Source of the DNA: Pseudomonadota bacterium
GTDB lineage: Bacteria > Pseudomonadota > Alphaproteobacteria > Rhodobacterales > Rhodobacteraceae
DNA length: 64,000 nucleotides
Direction: 5' to 3'
Assembly (NCBI GenBank): GCA_038526275.1
Contig: JBCBGY010000001.1
Location: forward strand, 16,344-80,343
Shown here: positions 55,284 through 64,000 of the stretch, piece after piece
How positions within the stretch are numbered: the first letter of the stretch is position 1
Layout of the letters: every line of letters begins with the position of its first letter
Made by a program: the position numbers and the translations under genes
The notes under the pieces: model-generated
Database searches by the model: none
What the model saw: only the letters and a program-made list of their open reading frames with translations
Told to the model about the DNA's origin: nothing

Positions 55284-56009
55284 TTAGGCGAGGTACTGCC
55301 CGCCATTGGCCGACAGGGTCGAACCCGTGATAAAGGCCGCATCGTCCGACGTTAGGAACGTCACGGCACGGGCGATTTCATCGGCTTCGCCCAAGCGGCC
55401 TACCGGGATCTGCGGCAGGATTGTTTCGTTCATGACCTTTTCAGGGATCGTCTGCATCATCTCCGTGTTGATGTAGCCGGGGCAAACGACGTTTACCGTG
55501 ATACCTGCGCGGGCGCCTTCCTGGGCCAAAGCCTTGGTGAAGCCGATATCGCCCGCTTTAGATGCCGCATAGTTGGCTTGGGCAAACTGACCCTTCTGTC
55601 CGTTGATCGAAGAGATCGTGACAACCCGACCGAACTTGCGTTCTCGCATGCCGGACCAGACATTGTGGGTCATATTGAACACGCCCGTCAGGTTGGTGTC
55701 GATGACCTGCTGCCATTGTTCCGGGGTCATGCGGTGGAATGGCGCGTCGCGGGTGATACCGGCATTGTTAACCAGAATCTCCACAGGGCCTAAATCCCCT
55801 TCGACGGTCGCGATACCCGACTTACAGGCCTCGTAATCGCCGACAGACCATTTGTATGTCTTGATCCCGGTCTCACCGGTGAACTTGGCCGCAGCTTCGT
55901 CGTTCCCGCCATAGGTTGCGGCAACAGAGTGGCCTTCAGCCGCCAGCGCCTTGGCAATGGCCGCGCCAATACCCCGCGAACCACCGGTTACCAGTGCAAC
56001 ACGTCCCAT
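55284..56009 (-). CDS. phaB: Acetoacetyl-CoA reductase
   Basis: TGGSRGIG, NNAGITRD, SSINGQKGQFAQANYAASKAG; follows phaA. Confidence 0.93.
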   Translation of the reverse strand: MGRVALVTGGSRGIGAAIAKALAAEGHSVAATYGGNDEAAAKFTGETGIKTYKWSVGDYEACKSGIATVEGDLGPVEILVNNAGITRDAPFHRMTPEQWQQVIDTNLTGVFNMTHNVWSGMRERKFGRVVTISSINGQKGQFAQANYAASKAGDIGFTKALAQEGARAGITVNVVCPGYINTEMMQTIPEKVMNETILPQIPVGRLGEADEIARAVTFLTSDDAAFITGSTLSANGGQYLA

Positions 56010-56105
56010 CGAAGTCCTCCTTGATGATCTTTTGTTGTGCCGGTTCCCGAAGAACCGGTTGCTGGGCGGGCCGCATGTTGGCGGCCCATTGAGTTTGTGG
56101 TCGGA

Positions 56106-57281
56106 TCAGTCGCGTTCGACGCAGAGCGCAACGCCCATGCCGCCGCCGATGCACAAGGTGGCCAGACCCTTTTTGGCGTCCCGCCGCTTCATCTCAAACA
56201 GCAGCGTATTCAGCACGCGGCAACCGGAGGCGCCGATCGGATGGCCAATGGCAATGGCGCCGCCATTGACGTTCACGATCTCGGGATCCCAGCCCATATC
56301 TTTGTTCACTGCGCAGGCCTGGGCTGCGAAAGCCTCGTTCGCCTCGATAAGATCCAGATCAGAAACCTTCCAGCCAGCCTTGTCCAAGGCCTTGCGCGAC
56401 GCATAGACCGGGCCAACGCCCATGATCGACGGATCTAGTCCGGCAGTCGCGTAGCTCACAATCCGGCCAAGCGGTTCGATCCCGCGCTGTTCGGCATTGT
56501 CCGCGGTCATCAGCACGACCGCAGCCGCGCCGTCATTCAGACCGCTGGCATTGGCCGCAGTGACCGAACCTTCCTTCGCGAAAGCGGGACGCAGCTTCAT
56601 CATGGCCTCAATCGTCGCACCGTGGCGGATATACTCATCGCTATCGACGGTGATGTCGCCTTTGCGATGTTTGACGATGAAGGGAATGATTTCATCGGCG
56701 AACTTGCCGGCCTTCTGAGCCTCTTCAGCCTTGTTCTGCGACTTGACGGCGAAATCGTCCTGCATGTCGCGGCTGATCTGCCACTGCTCGGCCACGTTTT
56801 CCGCCGTTTGCCCCATGTGATAGCCATTGAACGCATCCCACAGGCCATCGCGGATCATCGTATCGATATATTTCAGATCACCCATCTTCTGGCCCTGGCG
56901 CAGGGCAGCGGCATGGGGCGCAAGGCTCATGCTCTCCTGACCGCCGGCCACCACAACGTCCGCATCACCCAGCTGGATATGCTGAGCACCAATGGCCACG
57001 GCGCGCAAACCCGATCCGCAAACCTGGTTAATGCCCCAGGCCGCGCTCTCCTTCGGCAGGCCAGCATTGATATGGGCCTGCCGCGCGGGGTTTTGCCCCT
57101 GCGCTGCCGTGAGAACCTGACCGAGGATGGTTTCCGAAACCTCCCCTTTTTCTATGCCGGCCCGCTCGACCACACCTTCTAGAACAGCAGCACCCAGTTC
57201 ATGGGCGGGGGTATTTCCGAAAGACCCCAGAAAACTGCCGACTGCTGTGCGTCCGGCCGATGCGATGACGACGTTGGTCAT
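56106..57281 (-). CDS. phaA: Acetyl-CoA C-acetyltransferase (beta-ketothiolase)
   Basis: [38 protein letters not shown]. Confidence 0.95.
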   Translation of the reverse strand: MTNVVIASAGRTAVGSFLGSFGNTPAHELGAAVLEGVVERAGIEKGEVSETILGQVLTAAQGQNPARQAHINAGLPKESAAWGINQVCGSGLRAVAIGAQHIQLGDADVVVAGGQESMSLAPHAAALRQGQKMGDLKYIDTMIRDGLWDAFNGYHMGQTAENVAEQWQISRDMQDDFAVKSQNKAEEAQKAGKFADEIIPFIVKHRKGDITVDSDEYIRHGATIEAMMKLRPAFAKEGSVTAANASGLNDGAAAVVLMTADNAEQRGIEPLGRIVSYATAGLDPSIMGVGPVYASRKALDKAGWKVSDLDLIEANEAFAAQACAVNKDMGWDPEIVNVNGGAIAIGHPIGASGCRVLNTLLFEMKRRDAKKGLATLCIGGGMGVALCVERD

Positions 57282-57410
57282 GTGTGGCTCCTCTACCAGA
57301 ATAACGGGAATGATAGCGCGACTCGCGCAGCTTGGCCCCCGGTTCAGCCCGTAGTTAAGGCAGGCCGTAAGGTCAGCGCAACCCGATCACTGGTATGCAA
57401 GCACCTACGA

Positions 57411-58268
57411 TCAATAGCCCCCGGACGCGGCTTTTAACAAACGGCCTGTTCCTTGACTGCCTTCGTCCGGCAGTTCTGCGGGCATTCCATGCAGGTAGCC
57501 CTGTAAGCAGTCGATCCCAAGGTCAGACGCCGCAAGGGATTCGCCGGCGGTTTCGACACCTTCTGCCACAGTCAAAAGGTCGAAATGACGGGCCAAGCTC
57601 AGAAGTGAGGAGACAATTGCGCGATTGTCCGGGTCTTTGTCCAAATCCCGGATGAAGAACTTGTCGATCTTCAGAATGTCAAAACGGAAATCCCGGAACT
57701 GACGAAGAGAAGTGCATCCGGCCCCGAAATCGTCCAAAGCGAAGCTCACGCCATAGGCCTGCAATTGCTCCATGAAAATGGCCGTAACATCAGGGGTTTC
57801 CATGGCCGAGCTTTCCGTGATCTCCAGGATCAGGCGGTCGCAAACCGTTGGATCACCGCCGATACCGTCCTGGAACGCATCTAGCCACGCCGCATGACCG
57901 ATGGACCGCGCCGACATATTGATCGAAAGACGCACATCTGGCCGTTCCTGCAAAGCCCGCAGGCCCAGACGGATCGCAGTACAGTCGATCTCGCGCCCAA
58001 GCGGATGTGCATCGCAAAGATCCATGAAATGTCCGGCAGGAATGGTCTGGCCCGTTTCATCACGAATTCGAATCAACCCCTCATAAAAGGCTACCCGATC
58101 AGGACGGCGGCTATCGAATACAGGTTGAAACAGCAAAAACGCATCGTCCCGAGCCAAGGCGGCTTCCACCTTATCAAGGACCTGGCGCTGTCGTTGTGCC
58201 ACCGTATCAGAAATTTCGAGGGGAAGGAGCGGATCGCGGAAAGAGGGGTCAGTAAACATTCGGCTCAC
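57411..58268 (-). CDS. Stand-alone EAL-domain c-di-GMP phosphodiesterase
   Basis: FQPV, EGLIR (EAL variant), SINMS, LEITES, LDDFGAG, LKIDK, VAEGVE, QGY. Confidence 0.88.
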   Translation of the reverse strand: MSRMFTDPSFRDPLLPLEISDTVAQRQRQVLDKVEAALARDDAFLLFQPVFDSRRPDRVAFYEGLIRIRDETGQTIPAGHFMDLCDAHPLGREIDCTAIRLGLRALQERPDVRLSINMSARSIGHAAWLDAFQDGIGGDPTVCDRLILEITESSAMETPDVTAIFMEQLQAYGVSFALDDFGAGCTSLRQFRDFRFDILKIDKFFIRDLDKDPDNRAIVSSLLSLARHFDLLTVAEGVETAGESLAASDLGIDCLQGYLHGMPAELPDEGSQGTGRLLKAASGGY

Positions 58269-58380
58269 TCATATAACGTGTTCTCACATTGTTCTTGCTA
58301 GCGGTCGATGGTAAACAGTTGGTAAATTTTCGGGGTTCGTTCTGGCTTTTTGGAACGCCGCAGGGAAGGAAAACCAAATC

Positions 58381-58959
58381 ATGGAACGCTGCGGTTGGGT
58401 CGGGCAGGAAGAGATTTACATTGAATACCACGACACGGAATGGGGCGTGCCGGAATACGATAGTCGGGCACTATGGGAAAAGTTGATCCTGGATGGCTTT
58501 CAAGCGGGCCTTTCGTGGATAACAATATTGAAAAAGCGCGAAAATTTTCGTGAAGCCTTTGCCGGTTTTGAGCCAAGAGTTATCGCGGACTGGGGTGAAG
58601 AAGAGGTTGAAACCCTGCTTCAAAACCCGGGCATCGTTCGCCATCGCGGCAAAATCGAAGCGACAATAGGCAATGCCAAGGGCTGGATTCAGATCGAGGA
58701 AAGGGTCGGCTTCAACAAATTTCTGTGGGATTACATGGATGGCAAGCCCCTGCAGAACAGTTGGCAAACGCTGGATGACGTTCCGGCGCAAACGCCCCTT
58801 TCAGCGAAAATATCCAAAGATCTCAAGGCCGAAGGCTTTCGGTTCTGCGGCCCCACCATTGTTTACGCGTTCATGCAGGCGACCGGCATGGTGAACGATC
58901 ACCTTGTCACATGTCCGCGCCACGCCGAGGTCGCAAAACTTGCGAAAAGCGCCGGATGA
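58381..58959 (+). CDS. tag: DNA-3-methyladenine glycosylase I
   Basis: RCGW..YHDTEWG, LDGFQAGLSW, RHRGKI, FCGPTIVYAFMQATGMVNDH..C. Confidence 0.95.
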   Translation: MERCGWVGQEEIYIEYHDTEWGVPEYDSRALWEKLILDGFQAGLSWITILKKRENFREAFAGFEPRVIADWGEEEVETLLQNPGIVRHRGKIEATIGNAKGWIQIEERVGFNKFLWDYMDGKPLQNSWQTLDDVPAQTPLSAKISKDLKAEGFRFCGPTIVYAFMQATGMVNDHLVTCPRHAEVAKLAKSAG

Positions 58960-59122
58960 CGGAGATTTCGCACCTGCAGCGAAAGAACTGAGACAAGCGC
59001 CCCCAGTTTTTACCCCAACTTAACCCGAATAGCATTTCTGGCGACCTGTGCCTCGCGCCATTCGCGGCACGCAGTTGCAACCCAAGCCCGCCGCTCACGG
59101 TGGATTTCAGGAGTAATGCTCT

Positions 59123-59797
59123 ATGTCCTTGAGAATGCTGGCCGCAGTTGCGGCAACCGTGTGTGCGACAACGGCCTCGGCCAAAACCCTGGTCTTCACC
59201 GAAACTGTCAATATTCAGTCGACCGATTGGACAGAGATCCTCTCAATCAAGCAGTTCAATCCTTTGCAGGGTACGTTGTTTGGCGTCACGGTCAGCTTGG
59301 AAGGCACGGTTGAAGGTGCCGCCGCCGCCGAAAGCCATGATCAGGAACCAGCTACAATTACCCTCGATCTATCCTCCCTGCTTTCTGTCTCCAACGATGC
59401 GCTCGGCGAAATCGTCACTGTCGAACCTTTGGTGCAGTCCTCCTTTGATGCTGACGCCTTTGATGGCGTCTACGACTTCAACGGGCCGTCGGGCACCTCA
59501 TTCGGCGGTCTCTCCGCTATGGAGATGGCCTACGCGATGTTGACGCCAGGCGACCTGGCCCTTTTCGTTGGCAGCGGCGACGTAGAATTTACCGTAACGG
59601 CGCAAGGCCAGTCCTCTGCCTCCGGCCCTGGCAATCTCGCAACCCTGTTCAGCACCCAGGCGTCGGCCGTCCTGAATGTGACATACGATTTCTCACCCCT
59701 GCCTATCGCACTTGTCCCAACGCCTGGCTCGGGTGCGCTGGCCCTCGGCGGCGTTGGAATGCTGGTCCTGGCGCGCAGGCGCCGCGCCAAGGCGTAA
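59123..59797 (+). CDS. Choice-of-anchor E-like surface protein with PEP-CTERM-type sorting signal
   Basis: Signal peptide; TDW..LSIKQFNP..GTL..V..SLEG core; C-terminus VPTPG + hydrophobic helix + RRRRAK. Confidence 0.75.
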   Translation: MSLRMLAAVAATVCATTASAKTLVFTETVNIQSTDWTEILSIKQFNPLQGTLFGVTVSLEGTVEGAAAAESHDQEPATITLDLSSLLSVSNDALGEIVTVEPLVQSSFDADAFDGVYDFNGPSGTSFGGLSAMEMAYAMLTPGDLALFVGSGDVEFTVTAQGQSSASGPGNLATLFSTQASAVLNVTYDFSPLPIALVPTPGSGALALGGVGMLVLARRRRAKA

Positions 59798-59801
59798 GTT
59801 T

Positions 59802-59879
59802 CAGGCGCGGTCACGCGCCTGCCGGGCCCAACGCGGACGATGGCGGCTTTGCCGCATGAGGCCGTGGCGGGAGAGCCAC
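59802..59879 (+). repeat. Structured intergenic repeat (REP-like), copy C
   Basis: CAGGCGCG..CGCGCCTGCCGGGCCCAACGC-31 nt-GGCGGGAGAGCCAC. Confidence 0.75.
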
Positions 59880-59900
59880 CGTCCCGTACTGGATCAAACC

Positions 59901-60458
59901 TTAGCTTTGGCCAACCAACGCATTGAGGATCGCGATGGCACTGTCGCTGTCCCACTCCGCATCCCCACGCAACCGGGCGATCTCGTTCCCAGCCGGGTCC
60001 AGTATAACGGTGATGGGGAGCCCAAGAACGGCCATCTGCCGGGCAAGTGCCTGTTTTGGGTCACGATAAAGTGGCAGGTTATCGACATTAATTTCGTCGA
60101 AAAACCGCTTCATACCAGTGAGCGAATTGCGCCCGGTCGCAATGGTCACAACTTCGACGGGCTTTCCTTCCATCTCGCGTGCCAAGTTTGACAGCATGGG
60201 CATTTCGTGACGGCAAGGGGCGCACCAGGTGGCCCAGAAGTTCAGCACCACATAGCTTCCCTCGAACTTCGACAATTGATGCGGGGCGTCGGCTTCATCA
60301 ACGAAGGTCACATCCAACGGGGCCGGCTGCGGATCACTGACGAAATTAAGCTTCTTCATATCCCCTGTGCGCAGGGCCTCGATCTGGGCCATATCCGCTG
60401 TGGCACCGTTTGCACCAAGCGCAAGGGCGATATAAAGGATCGCGGATCTGAGCTTCAT
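59901..60458 (-). CDS. TlpA-family thiol:disulfide oxidoreductase
   Basis: [25 protein letters not shown]; start at MKLRS. Confidence 0.92.
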   Translation of the reverse strand: MKLRSAILYIALALGANGATADMAQIEALRTGDMKKLNFVSDPQPAPLDVTFVDEADAPHQLSKFEGSYVVLNFWATWCAPCRHEMPMLSNLAREMEGKPVEVVTIATGRNSLTGMKRFFDEINVDNLPLYRDPKQALARQMAVLGLPITVILDPAGNEIARLRGDAEWDSDSAIAILNALVGQS

Positions 60459-60489
60459 CTCGTTTCCTTTCCGGGAGCTTTCGCCCGCC

Positions 60490-61896
60490 ATGACCAATAG
60501 CAGTGACGCGCCAGACGGCGCAAACCAGATGTGGGGCGGTCGTTTCGCCGCCGGTCCCGATGCCATCATGGAGGCCATCAACGCCTCCATCGGTTTCGAC
60601 CAGCGCCTGGCGCGTCAGGATATCGAAGGTTCCCGCGCCCATGCAGCAATGCTCGCCCATCAGGGTATTGTGACGTCTAATGATGCAGAAGCAATCCGGG
60701 AAGGGCTGCTCACTGTCTTGTCAGAGATCAAGGCCGGAAAGTTTGTTTTCGATGCGGGTCTCGAAGACATCCACATGAATGTGGAAGCGCGGCTCACGGA
60801 GCTTATTGGCCCCGCAGCGGGGCGTTTGCACACGGCCCGTTCGAGGAACGACCAGATCGCGACGGATTTTCGCCTTTGGGTGCGGGACCAATGCGATGCG
60901 GCGATCGCCGGGATTGAGGCCCTGATGAAGGCTCTGCTGATCCAGGCCGAAGCCGGTGCCGACTGGGTCATGCCCGGTTTCACCCATCTTCAGGTCGCGC
61001 AACCGGTAACATGGGGCCATCACATGTTGGCCTATGTCGAGATGCTTTCCCGCGATGCCTCGCGCTTTCGGGATGCCAGGGCAAGGATGAACGAATCTCC
61101 CTTGGGCGCCGCAGCACTGGCCGGAACCTCGTTTCCCATCGACCGGGAAATGACCGCCAAAGCCCTGGGGTTCGACCGGCCTGCGGCCAATTCGCTTGAT
61201 GCGGTCAGCGACCGGGATTTCGCCATGGAGTTTCTGGCGGCGTCCGCGATTTGTGCCAGCCACCTTAGCCGGTTGTCCGAAGAACTGGTGATCTGGTCCT
61301 CGGCCCAGTTCCGGTTCGTGACCTTGTCAGACCGCTTTTCTACTGGCTCTTCGATCATGCCACAGAAGAAAAACCCTGATGCCGCCGAGTTGATCCGCGC
61401 CAAGATCGGGCGCATCACCGGGGCGTTGGTCGCCTTGCTGACGGTGATGAAAGGACTGCCCCTGACCTATTCCAAGGACATGCAGGAAGATAAGGAAGTG
61501 GTCTTCGATGCCGCCGACACTTTGATGCTGAGCCTTGCCGCGATGACGGGCATGGTCGGCGATATGTCAGCCAATCGCGATGCTCTGGCGATGGCTGCCA
61601 GCGCCGGTTTCTCGACGGCTACCGATTTGGCCGATTGGCTGGTGCGCACGCTGGACTTGCCGTTCCGAGAAGCCCATCATGTCACCGGATCACTGGTCGG
61701 GCTGGCCGAGGTCGGTAATGTGGACCTTCCGGATTTGACCCTTGAGCAGATGCAATCCGTAGAGCCGCGCATCACAGCTGATGTTTATTCAGTTCTTGGA
61801 GTGGAAAATTCCGTCGCGAGCCGTACGTCCTATGGCGGAACAGCACCCGCAAATGTGCGCGTGCAGATTGCCCGCTGGACGGAGACTTTGGCATGA
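60490..61896 (+). CDS. argH: Argininosuccinate lyase
   Basis: [42 protein letters not shown]. Confidence 0.97.
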   Translation: MTNSSDAPDGANQMWGGRFAAGPDAIMEAINASIGFDQRLARQDIEGSRAHAAMLAHQGIVTSNDAEAIREGLLTVLSEIKAGKFVFDAGLEDIHMNVEARLTELIGPAAGRLHTARSRNDQIATDFRLWVRDQCDAAIAGIEALMKALLIQAEAGADWVMPGFTHLQVAQPVTWGHHMLAYVEMLSRDASRFRDARARMNESPLGAAALAGTSFPIDREMTAKALGFDRPAANSLDAVSDRDFAMEFLAASAICASHLSRLSEELVIWSSAQFRFVTLSDRFSTGSSIMPQKKNPDAAELIRAKIGRITGALVALLTVMKGLPLTYSKDMQEDKEVVFDAADTLMLSLAAMTGMVGDMSANRDALAMAASAGFSTATDLADWLVRTLDLPFREAHHVTGSLVGLAEVGNVDLPDLTLEQMQSVEPRITADVYSVLGVENSVASRTSYGGTAPANVRVQIARWTETLA

Positions 61897-62075
61897 GGCG
61901 GATTGGATCTCTTTTGATCGTAATAGGGCTCGCTGGATGCGGTGTGGACGGTGAACCGACCCGCCCGGAGGTCACGACAACGCTTGGTATCGGGGTCGGA
62001 TCGGATGGTCAGGTCAAGACCCGGGCGCAAACCCGTCTCGATTCAGGTGGCTTTGGGGTCAGCCTGGGCCTGTGA
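61893..62075 (+). CDS. Small lipoprotein (LptM/LppL-like candidate)
   Basis: Lipobox LAGC followed by GVDGEPTRP; lies between argH and lysA. Confidence 0.55.
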   Translation: MRRIGSLLIVIGLAGCGVDGEPTRPEVTTTLGIGVGSDGQVKTRAQTRLDSGGFGVSLGL

Positions 62076-62401
62076 CAAGCGGTTTCATGCGGTACATCTA
62101 TCTGGGGCTTGCCATCTGGGGCGCGATCCATCCGATGTACTACTTTGTCAGTTGGTTCAATGCGAATGGCTGGTCTCTGACCGGGCTCATCGACAGCTGG
62201 TATGTGCACGACGGAACGACCGGCCTAGTCTGGGATCTGACGATTGCTGCCCTTGCGTTAACCCTCTGGATCATGGTTGAGGCGATCAGCCGCAAGGATT
62301 GGCTCTCCCTGGTTGCCGTACCAGCCATTTATGGCATTGGCGTCAGCTGCGGCCTGCCCCTTTACTTGTTTCTTCGCTGCAGACGTCAATCCGCCGACTG
62401 A
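62072..62401 (+). CDS. DUF2834 domain membrane protein
   Basis: YLGLAIWGAIHP..WDLTIAA..IGVSCGLPLYLFLR. Confidence 0.8.
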   Translation: MTSGFMRYIYLGLAIWGAIHPMYYFVSWFNANGWSLTGLIDSWYVHDGTTGLVWDLTIAALALTLWIMVEAISRKDWLSLVAVPAIYGIGVSCGLPLYLFLRCRRQSAD

Positions 62402-62480
62402 GGTAGCCGCTATTAAATTGAGGCGCTTGCGCGCCACGCCATTCTCCATCTGGGACATCGAACAAACCATCAAAAAGCGC

Positions 62481-62560
62481 CAGCCGCGCGCCGCGCGCGC
62501 GGCCGGGCCCAACGCAGGGGGCCCGCGGCTATGCCGCGTCGCCCACTGGGGCGGGAGAGC
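62481..62560 (+). repeat. Structured intergenic repeat (REP-like), copy D
   Basis: CAGCCGCGCG..CGCGCGGCCGGGCCCAACGC-34 nt-GGCGGGAGAGC. Confidence 0.7.
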
Positions 62561-62644
62561 TTCCGGTCTGTCTGCGCGCAACAGACGATTGCACCGCTCC
62601 CTCCGTCTGGTATCAGGCGCAGGTTGACCAATGGAGTGCCGGGT

Positions 62645-63910
62645 TTGGACCATTTTCTCTACCGCCACCGAAAGTTGCATGCCGAAGATGTCGCGATCAC
62701 CGACATTGCCAAAGCAGTCGGTACGCCATTCTATTGCTACTCCACAGCTACGCTCCAGAGGCACTACGGATTGTTTGAAGAGGCGCTCGAGGGTCTCGAC
62801 CACACGATTTGCTACGCGATGAAGTCAGCATCAAACCAAGCTCTATTGACCTTTCTCGCCAGTCTCGGCGCGGGGATGGATGTGGTTTCGGGCGGCGAAT
62901 ATGCCCGAGCGAAAGCGGCAGGCGTATCGGGAGACCGTATTGTCTTCTCCGGCGTGGGCAAAACGGAAAGCGAAATGCGTCTCGCGTTGAATGGGGGCGT
63001 TCGCCAGTTCAACATCGAGAGCGAACCCGAAATGGAACGGTTGAACCAGGTGGCTAGTGCCATGGGGAAGACAGCGCCCATCACCATTCGCGTAAATCCC
63101 GACGTCGATGCGCGTACGCATGAAAAGATCTCCACCGGTAAGAAGGAAGACAAGTTCGGCATCCCGATCAGCCGGGCCAGGGAAGTGTATGCCCGAGCGG
63201 CTCAACTGCCCGGTTTGCGGATTGTCGGGATCGACGTCCATATTGGCAGTCAGCTGACAGATTTGGAGCCATTTGAGCAGGCCTATCGTAAGGTCGCCGA
63301 TCTGACTCTGGCCCTGCGCGCGGATGGTCACGAAATCTCGCGCCTCGATCTGGGGGGCGGCCTAGGTATACCTTATGCACGTTCCAATGAAGCGCCGCCA
63401 TTGCCGCTCGAATATGGGGCCATGATCAAGCGAACGGTCGGCCATCTGGGCTGTGAGGTTGAGATCGAGCCGGGACGTCTTATCTCTGGCAATGCAGGCA
63501 TTATGGTATCGCAGGTGATTTACGTGAAATCCGGAGAAGATCGCGACTTCTTGATCCTCGACGGCGCCATGAACGACCTGATCCGGCCGGCCATGTATGG
63601 CGCCTATCACGACATCGTCCCAGTGGCAGAGCCGCGCCCGGGTTTGCCGCAGGCCACCTACGATATTGTCGGGCCGGTTTGTGAATCAGGCGACACATTT
63701 GCGAAATCTCGCGAAATGCCGCCCGTCACAGCGGGTGATTTGGTGGCATTTCGCTCTGCGGGTGCCTATGGCGCGGTCATGGCCTCGGAATATAACTCCA
63801 GGCCCTTGATCCCAGAGGTGCTTGTGCGCGACGATCAATTCGCCGTCATTCGCCATCGACCTACCTATGATGAGATGATCGCGCGCGATACAGTTCCGGA
63901 ATGGCTGTAG
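62645..63910 (+). CDS. lysA: Diaminopimelate decarboxylase
   Basis: YAMKSASN, DVVSGGE, FSGVGK, IRVNPDV, KFGI, HIGSQ, DLGGGLG, EPGR, GPVCESGD, GAYG..YNSRP; TTG start after GGAG. Confidence 0.95.
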   Translation: MDHFLYRHRKLHAEDVAITDIAKAVGTPFYCYSTATLQRHYGLFEEALEGLDHTICYAMKSASNQALLTFLASLGAGMDVVSGGEYARAKAAGVSGDRIVFSGVGKTESEMRLALNGGVRQFNIESEPEMERLNQVASAMGKTAPITIRVNPDVDARTHEKISTGKKEDKFGIPISRAREVYARAAQLPGLRIVGIDVHIGSQLTDLEPFEQAYRKVADLTLALRADGHEISRLDLGGGLGIPYARSNEAPPLPLEYGAMIKRTVGHLGCEVEIEPGRLISGNAGIMVSQVIYVKSGEDRDFLILDGAMNDLIRPAMYGAYHDIVPVAEPRPGLPQATYDIVGPVCESGDTFAKSREMPPVTAGDLVAFRSAGAYGAVMASEYNSRPLIPEVLVRDDQFAVIRHRPTYDEMIARDTVPEWL

Positions 63911-63930
63911 CTCAACCCTAGAGGTACTTT

Positions 63931-64000
63931 ATGGACTCCAAGGCCAACCAAACCGACAAGACACCGGAAGACGACGCCGAGGCCAGCGCAGCCCGTCGGG
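63931..64000 (+). CDS. Start of a gene running off the window (identity not determinable)
   Basis: GAGG RBS then ATG GAC TCC AAG..., open to the window end. Confidence 0.35.
   Translation, partial: MDSKANQTDKTPEDDAEASAARR

Noticed and set aside
1-64000. Prophage, IS element, CRISPR-Cas or restriction-modification system
   Set aside because: No integrase, transposase, terminal inverted repeats, cas or methylase-nuclease pair seen; the only virion-related gene is the isolated spike-base homologue

Overview
A 64 kb, GC-rich chromosomal segment of an alphaproteobacterium; gene content and order point to Rhodobacterales, probably the Roseobacter group (inference). Left to right: (1) the end of an exosortase-linked exopolysaccharide locus: TPR protein, Wza-like export protein, outer-membrane beta-barrel, XrtD-type exosortase/EpsI fusion, an unusual in-frame rhomboid protease-metallophosphoesterase fusion, manC, an AlgD-like GDP-mannose dehydrogenase and a GT4, closed by a convergent 88-aa homologue of the gene transfer agent (GTA) head-spike base protein; (2) a purine salvage/HU block (class II aldolase, SDR, ade, amn, HU, DMT, CcdA/thioredoxin); (3) tRNA-Arg(CCT) with accessory genes (cupin, small membrane protein, putative heme-binding protein, head-to-head DUF4198/HupE-UreJ pair, orphan choX, FMN reductase, an unexplained ~860 bp gap with an sRNA-like end, two Lin0512 genes); (4) a large RTX-tagged ExeM/NucH nuclease, a ynjF-ynjBCD-like operon, a CheB-CheR-PAS hybrid with no output domain, and a sulfotransferase-like gene; (5) AraC/GyrI regulator, DUF2161, mcl1 and an alpha-galactoside uptake plus De Ley-Doudoroff cluster; (6) core genes (polyprenyl synthase, tRNA m6A37 methyltransferase, phaAB, EAL phosphodiesterase, tag, TlpA, argH, lysA) around a choice-of-anchor-E protein with a PEP-CTERM-type sorting signal, a plausible substrate of the exosortase. 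No CRISPR array, integrase or transposase was seen. A family of four structured intergenic repeats and several CtrA-like boxes are also present. All family assignments come from motif recognition by eye, not from database searches.
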